Below, piece after piece: positions 26,145 to 32,000 of a stretch of DNA of 32,000 bases. This stretch comes from Mycolicibacterium smegmatis (lineage in GTDB: Bacteria > Actinomycetota > Actinomycetes > Mycobacteriales > Mycobacteriaceae), in assembly GCF_001457595.1 (NCBI RefSeq), contig NZ_LN831039.1:6120001-6152000 (forward strand), in the 5' to 3' direction. Under the pieces are notes generated by a model. That model did no database searches and was not told the origin of the DNA. It was given only the letters and a program-made list of their open reading frames with translations. Both the position numbers and the translations under genes were made by a program. How positions within the stretch are numbered: position 1 is the first letter of the stretch; the number at the start of each line of letters is the position of its first letter.

Positions 26145-26809
26145 GCGCCGCGCGCCAGGACGGCCTCGGCGAGCACGAGATCCAGCGGTGTGGTGATCTT
26201 GAATGCCAGCGGGTCGCCGTCGACGATCTGCACGGGCGTCCCGAGTTGTTCGACCAATGACGCGTCGTCGGTCACGCCGCCGGCCGTGGCGCGCGCGTAG
26301 GCGCGCCGCAGCACGTCGGCATGGAAACCCTGAGGCGTCTGGACAGCGCGCAGACCGGCCCGCTCGGGCGTTCCGAGCACCGCGCCGTTGGCGTCGACCG
26401 CCTTTATGGTGTCGGCCGGCGCGAGTCCGGGTACGACGGCACTGTGCCCTTCTTTCAGCGCAGCCACCACCCGGGCGATCAACGCGGGCGGGGTCAGTGC
26501 GCGTGCGGCGTCGTGCACCAGGACGAACTCGGCGTCACCGGCCGCTTCGAGAGCGAGCGCAACCGACCCTGTGCGATCGACCCCACCGGAGACGATCACG
26601 GAGTCTTCACCGCCGAACACCAGTTTCGACTCGTCGGTGAGCGCGGGCGGTACCGCGATCACGATCCGGTCGATCACGCCGGAAGCGCGAAGCCCCGACA
26701 GAGCGTGCTCAAGAAGGGGTGCTCCCCCCAGTGTCACGAATGCTTTCGGCCGTCCCGCGCGCAGCCGCTCACCAGAGCCGGCGGCCGGGACGACGGCAAC
26801 CGTCGCCAC
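26141..26809 (-). CDS. ispD: 2-C-methyl-D-erythritol 4-phosphate cytidylyltransferase
   Basis: 222 aa with [21 protein letters not shown] and VQTPQGF. Confidence 0.95.
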   Translation of the reverse strand: MATVAVVPAAGSGERLRAGRPKAFVTLGGAPLLEHALSGLRASGVIDRIVIAVPPALTDESKLVFGGEDSVIVSGGVDRTGSVALALEAAGDAEFVLVHDAARALTPPALIARVVAALKEGHSAVVPGLAPADTIKAVDANGAVLGTPERAGLRAVQTPQGFHADVLRRAYARATAGGVTDDASLVEQLGTPVQIVDGDPLAFKITTPLDLVLAEAVLARGA

Positions 26810-26828
26810 CGTTTACGTCCCGAACAGA

Positions 26829-27362
<534 letters not shown>

Positions 27363-27601
27363 TCACACGTGCACCAACGGTGCAGGTCAGGGGCCATGCA
27401 GGTTAATGGCAGGGGTTGACACGATGACGAATTCGTGCAACTGCCGCGAGATCGACGGGGCCGAAAGGGATCCCGGCGCAAACTCCCGCGCGCCTCACGA
27501 GGGGCCTGAAGGGACGCTTGGCAAGCCCTCACATTCCCCTGATGATCGCCACCTACTACTCTGCATAGTCGAAGAACGGCGAACCTGTTCAGGAGGCTTG
27601 A

Positions 27602-28162
<561 letters not shown>

Positions 28163-28218
28163 GTCTTCACCGGCCTGTCGCAGGCCCGGCTGTCGGTGCC
28201 TGCCGATACTGTCACGGC

Positions 28219-29619
28219 GTGGCCGGTTCGAAAATACGTTCGCAGTACCGCTGTTCGGAGTGCCAGCACGTCGCGCCCAAATGGGTCGGCCGCTGCGCCA
28301 ACTGTGGTACCTGGGGCACCGTCGACGAGGTCGCGGTGCTCGCCGGCAACAACAAGCTCAACGGTGCGGCACGGCGTTCGGTCGCCCCCACGTCACCGGC
28401 CGTGCCGATCACGTCCATCGATCCCGGCGTCACGCGCCACTACCCCACCGGCGTCAGCGAACTCGACCGCGTGCTCGGCGGTGGTCTGGTCGCGGGTTCG
28501 GTGACACTGCTCGCGGGTGATCCCGGGGTCGGCAAGTCCACGCTGCTGCTCGAGGTGGCCAACCGCTGGGCCCACAGCGGCAAACGCGCGCTCTACCTGT
28601 CCGGCGAGGAATCCGCCGGGCAGATCCGCCTGCGGGCCGAACGCACCGGATGCACGCACGATCAGGTGTACCTGGCCGCCGAATCCGATCTGCAGATCGC
28701 CCTCGGCCACATCGACGAGGTGAAGCCCAGCCTGGTGGTGGTCGACTCGGTCCAGACCATGTCCACCACCGAGGCCGACGGCGTGACCGGAGGCGTGACG
28801 CAGGTGCGCGCGGTCACCACCTCGCTCACCGCGTACGCCAAGGCCGCGGTCGGCGATCCGGCCGTCGCGATGATCCTCGTCGGCCACGTCACCAAGGACG
28901 GCGCCATCGCGGGCCCGCGGTCACTCGAGCATCTCGTCGACGTGGTGCTGCACTTCGAAGGCGACCGGGCATCGTCGCTGCGCATGGTGCGCGGCGTGAA
29001 GAACCGGTTCGGCGCCGCCGACGAGGTCGGCTGTTTTCAATTGCACGACAACGGGATCGAGTGCGTCAGCGATCCTTCGGGACTGTTCCTCGACCAGCGT
29101 CCGCTCGCGGTGCCCGGTACCGCGGTGACCGTGACCCTCGACGGCAAGCGCCCCATGATCGGCGAGGTCCAGGCCCTGGTCTCCCCGCCTGCGGGTCCGC
29201 CGCGGCGCGCGGTCAGCGGTATCGACTCGGCCCGTGCCGCGATGATCGGCGCGGTGTTGCAGACGCGCTGCCGCATGCCGATCAACAGCAACGATCTCTA
29301 TCTGTCGACCGTGGGTGGTATGCGGCTCACCGATCCGTCGGCAGACCTCGCGGTGGCGCTCGCGATCGCATCGGCGTACTTCGACATCGCGATGCCCATG
29401 AAGGCCATCGCGATCGGCGAAGTGGGCCTGGCAGGTGACCTGCGCCGCGTCACCGGCATGGACCGCAGGCTGTCGGAGGCCGCCCGGTTGGGGTTCACGA
29501 CAGCCGTCGTCCCGCCGGGTGTCACGTCGGCACCGGCGGGTCTGAAGGTCGTCGCCGCGGATAACATCCGGGCCGCGGTTCAGACGATGCGGGAGATCGC
29601 GATTGCGGGTGCCCAATAG
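28219..29619 (+). CDS. radA: DNA repair protein RadA
   Basis: 466 aa with the N-terminal zinc finger [23 protein letters not shown], Walker [15 protein letters not shown] and a Lon-like C-terminal domain. Confidence 0.95.
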
Positions 29620-29654
29620 GATCGGGACAATACCGGCCGATCCTAGGAGGGCTG

Positions 29655-30773
29655 ATGGCCGTGAAGTCCGGCGCGAGATCCGGACGCAACGTCGTGCACC
29701 TGGCCCGGCCGACGTTGCGCGAGACGCTGGGCCGCCTTGCCCCCGGCACACCGTTGCGCGACGGGCTTGAGCGCATCCTGCGTGGCCGCACCGGTGCGCT
29801 GATCGTGCTCGGATACGACGACAGTGTCGAGGCCATCTGCGACGGCGGTTTCGTCCTCGACGTGCGCTATGCGCCGACGCGGCTGCGTGAGCTTTCGAAG
29901 ATGGACGGCGCAGTGGTGCTCTCCAGCGACGGCAGCCGCATCCTGCGGGCCAACGTGCAGCTGGTCCCCGACCCGTCCATCCCGACCGACGAGTCCGGAA
30001 CCCGGCACCGCTCGGCCGAGCGCACCGCGATCCAGACCGGTTATCCCGTGATCTCGGTGAGCCACTCCATGAGCATCGTGACGGTCTACGTGGCAGGCGA
30101 GCGGCACGTGGTGCCCGATTCGGCGACGATCCTGTCCCGGGCCAACCAGACCATCGCGACGCTGGAACGCTACAAGGGCAGGCTCGACGAGGTCAGCAGG
30201 CAGCTCTCGACCGCCGAGATCGAGGACTTCGTGACGCTGCGCGACGTGATGACCGTCGTGCAGCGCCTGGAGATGGTGCGCCGCATCAGCCTGGAGATCG
30301 ACGCCGACGTGGTGGAACTCGGCACCGACGGCCGCCAGCTCAAGCTGCAGCTCGACGAACTCGTCGGCGACAACGAGACCGCGCGCGAGCTGATCGTTCG
30401 CGACTACCACGCCAACCCGGATCCGCCGACGGCCGCGCAGGTCGCCGCGACGCTCGAGGAGCTCGACTCGCTCAGCGACAGCGAACTGCTGGACTTCACG
30501 GTGCTGGCACGCGTCTTCGGGTATCCGTCGACCGCCGAGGCCCAGGATTCGGCGATGAGCTCACGCGGTTACCGCGCGATGGCCGCGATCCCCCGGTTGC
30601 AGTTCGCCCACGTCGACCTGCTGGTGCGTTCGTTCGGCTCGCTGCAGAACCTGCTGGCCGCCAGCGCCGACGATCTGCAGTCCGTCGACGGCATCGGTTC
30701 GATGTGGGCACGCCACATCAGGGAAGGGCTCTCACTGCTGGCCGAGTCGACGATCGCCGACCGGCTGGCCTGA
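29655..30773 (+). CDS. disA: DNA integrity scanning protein DisA (diadenylate cyclase)
   Basis: 372 aa with the DAC domain motifs DGAVVLS and [10 protein letters not shown], plus a C-terminal HhH domain. Confidence 0.95.
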
Positions 30774-30774
30774 A

Positions 30775-31572
30775 TTAGTTACCCGCGCCGGGGGCGTCCG
30801 GGCCGGGTGCGCCGTCGGCAGGTGGCGCTGCCGGCTGCTGCGGATTCGCCTCGGCGAGGATGAACGGCACGGGCGCGGATCTGAGATTGCCCAGTTGCAC
30901 CACGAGGTTGTAGGTGCCCGGACCGATCGGCTGGCGCGGCAGCGGGCACTGCGGCGCCGAACCCATACCGGTCCAGGTGACCTCGGTGGTCACCTGTTCA
31001 CCCGGGTTGAACGTCTTGACCAGCGTCTCGTTGGACGGCGCGCAGTCCAGGTTGGACCACAGCCGCGTGTTGTCGAGCGAGTAGACGTAGGCGGCCAGGA
31101 CCGCGGCGCCGACGTCGCGCTTGCACGCCACCAGACCGATGTTGGTGACCACCATGGTGAACTTCGGCTGATCGCCGACGACGTACTCGGGCTGGCTCGT
31201 GATGCCCTTGACCGCGAGCGTTGAGTCCGGGCAGTCGTCGCCCTCCTTGAGCACGGGCGGCGGCGTCACGGCCGCGGTCGGCGTGGGCGTCGGCGGTGGC
31301 GCGTGCTGCGCGGGCGGGACGATCGGCGTCTTGACGGCGGGGTCCTCGCCGGGCAGCGGCGTCGGAGGGGCGGCCTCCTGGGCCGCGGTCTCACTGGACT
31401 GATCGGCTGCGGTGTTCTCGGATCCCGAGCTGCTCTTGGTCATGATCACCGCGACTATCGCGGCGACAACCCCGACGACGACTACCGCGATACCGATAGC
31501 CAGCGCCCGGCGCCGCCAGTAAATCTGCGCGGGCAGGGGCCCCTGAGGTTCGAGATCCAACACGACTTTCAC
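30775..31572 (-). CDS. Conserved single-pass membrane protein with a Pro-rich linker and a Cys-containing extracytoplasmic domain (Rv3587c-like)
   Basis: 265 aa with the TM helix ALAIGIAVVVVGVVAAIVAVIM, a Pro/Thr/Ala-rich spacer and a C-terminal beta-rich domain with four Cys. Its position matches Rv3587c. Confidence 0.7.
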   Translation of the reverse strand: MKVVLDLEPQGPLPAQIYWRRRALAIGIAVVVVGVVAAIVAVIMTKSSSGSENTAADQSSETAAQEAAPPTPLPGEDPAVKTPIVPPAQHAPPPTPTPTAAVTPPPVLKEGDDCPDSTLAVKGITSQPEYVVGDQPKFTMVVTNIGLVACKRDVGAAVLAAYVYSLDNTRLWSNLDCAPSNETLVKTFNPGEQVTTEVTWTGMGSAPQCPLPRQPIGPGTYNLVVQLGNLRSAPVPFILAEANPQQPAAPPADGAPGPDAPGAGN

Positions 31573-31629
31573 GGTAAGCCCAGGTCATCCCCAGTTGCCC
31601 GAGGCGCCCCGGCGTGTCGCCGTCGGGTG

Positions 31630-32000
31630 TCAGACTTCGCCGATATCGCCCAGGTGGCTGCGCAACTCCACGTGTCCGTCCGCGAGGTGGTAGGTGGTGC
31701 CGACGATGGCCTGCGTACCGGCCGCGAGCCCCTGGGCAATCGCGGTCGAGCGCATCTGCAACTGCGCGACGGTCTCGTTGACGTGCTGGGCCTCGAACTC
31801 GTCGACACGGCTCAACCCGGCCTTGCGCCCCAACAGGATCGAGGGCGTCACACGCTCGACGATGTCGCGGACGAACCCGCTGGGCACCTCGCCCTCGTCG
31901 AGCGCGGACAGCGTCGCCTTGACCGCACCGCAGCTGTCATGGCCGAGCACCACGATGAGCGGCACCTTGAGCACCGTCACGGCGTACTCGATCGACCCGA
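31630..32000 (-). CDS. canB: Beta-class carbonic anhydrase, C-terminal part (N-terminus beyond the window end)
   Basis: ...GSIEYAVTVLKVPLIVVLGHDSCGAVKA... is the beta-CA signature. The frame is open to the window edge. Its position matches Rv3588c. Confidence 0.8.
   Translation of the reverse strand, partial: GSIEYAVTVLKVPLIVVLGHDSCGAVKATLSALDEGEVPSGFVRDIVERVTPSILLGRKAGLSRVDEFEAQHVNETVAQLQMRSTAIAQGLAAGTQAIVGTTYHLADGHVELRSHLGDIGEV

Overview
High-GC (~67%) actinobacterial chromosomal DNA. It is almost certainly Mycolicibacterium (Mycobacterium) smegmatis or a very close relative. The 207-aa ORF at 10557..11180 is the MspD-type octameric porin, and the right end (23.2-32 kb) matches the M. tuberculosis Rv3579c-Rv3588c block (rlmB-cysS-ispF-ispD-carD-lpqE-radA-disA-membrane protein-canB). 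I regard that right end as ordinary housekeeping DNA. The left ~21 kb is a dense zinc-homeostasis island. At least five AT-rich palindromes of the mycobacterial Zur-box type (core TGAAAATCNTTTTCA) sit in divergent or leader regions. They lie next to: (i) a znuA/C/B-like ABC importer divergent from a COG0523 GTPase; (ii) an aztABCD-like ABC importer with two divergent secreted lipoprotein paralogs, followed by bluB; (iii) a Cys-rich small protein divergent from mspD; (iv) a pacL-ctpC-type P1B efflux pair divergent from a PF03773 permease plus TIGR03943 protein pair; (v) the Cys-less alternative ribosomal protein operon rpmB2-rpmG2-rpsN2-rpsR2 divergent from a degenerate COG0523 protein (Mrf-like) and rpmE2. 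A cobalamin riboswitch starts directly after the rpsR2 stop codon and precedes a BtuFCD/FecBCD-type ABC importer. An MBL-fold gene at 21062..22007 appears frameshifted. I saw no rRNA, tRNA, CRISPR array, IS element, prophage or recognisable defence system. All calls come from reading the sequence and the ORF track by eye and from remembered family motifs. No database search was run.
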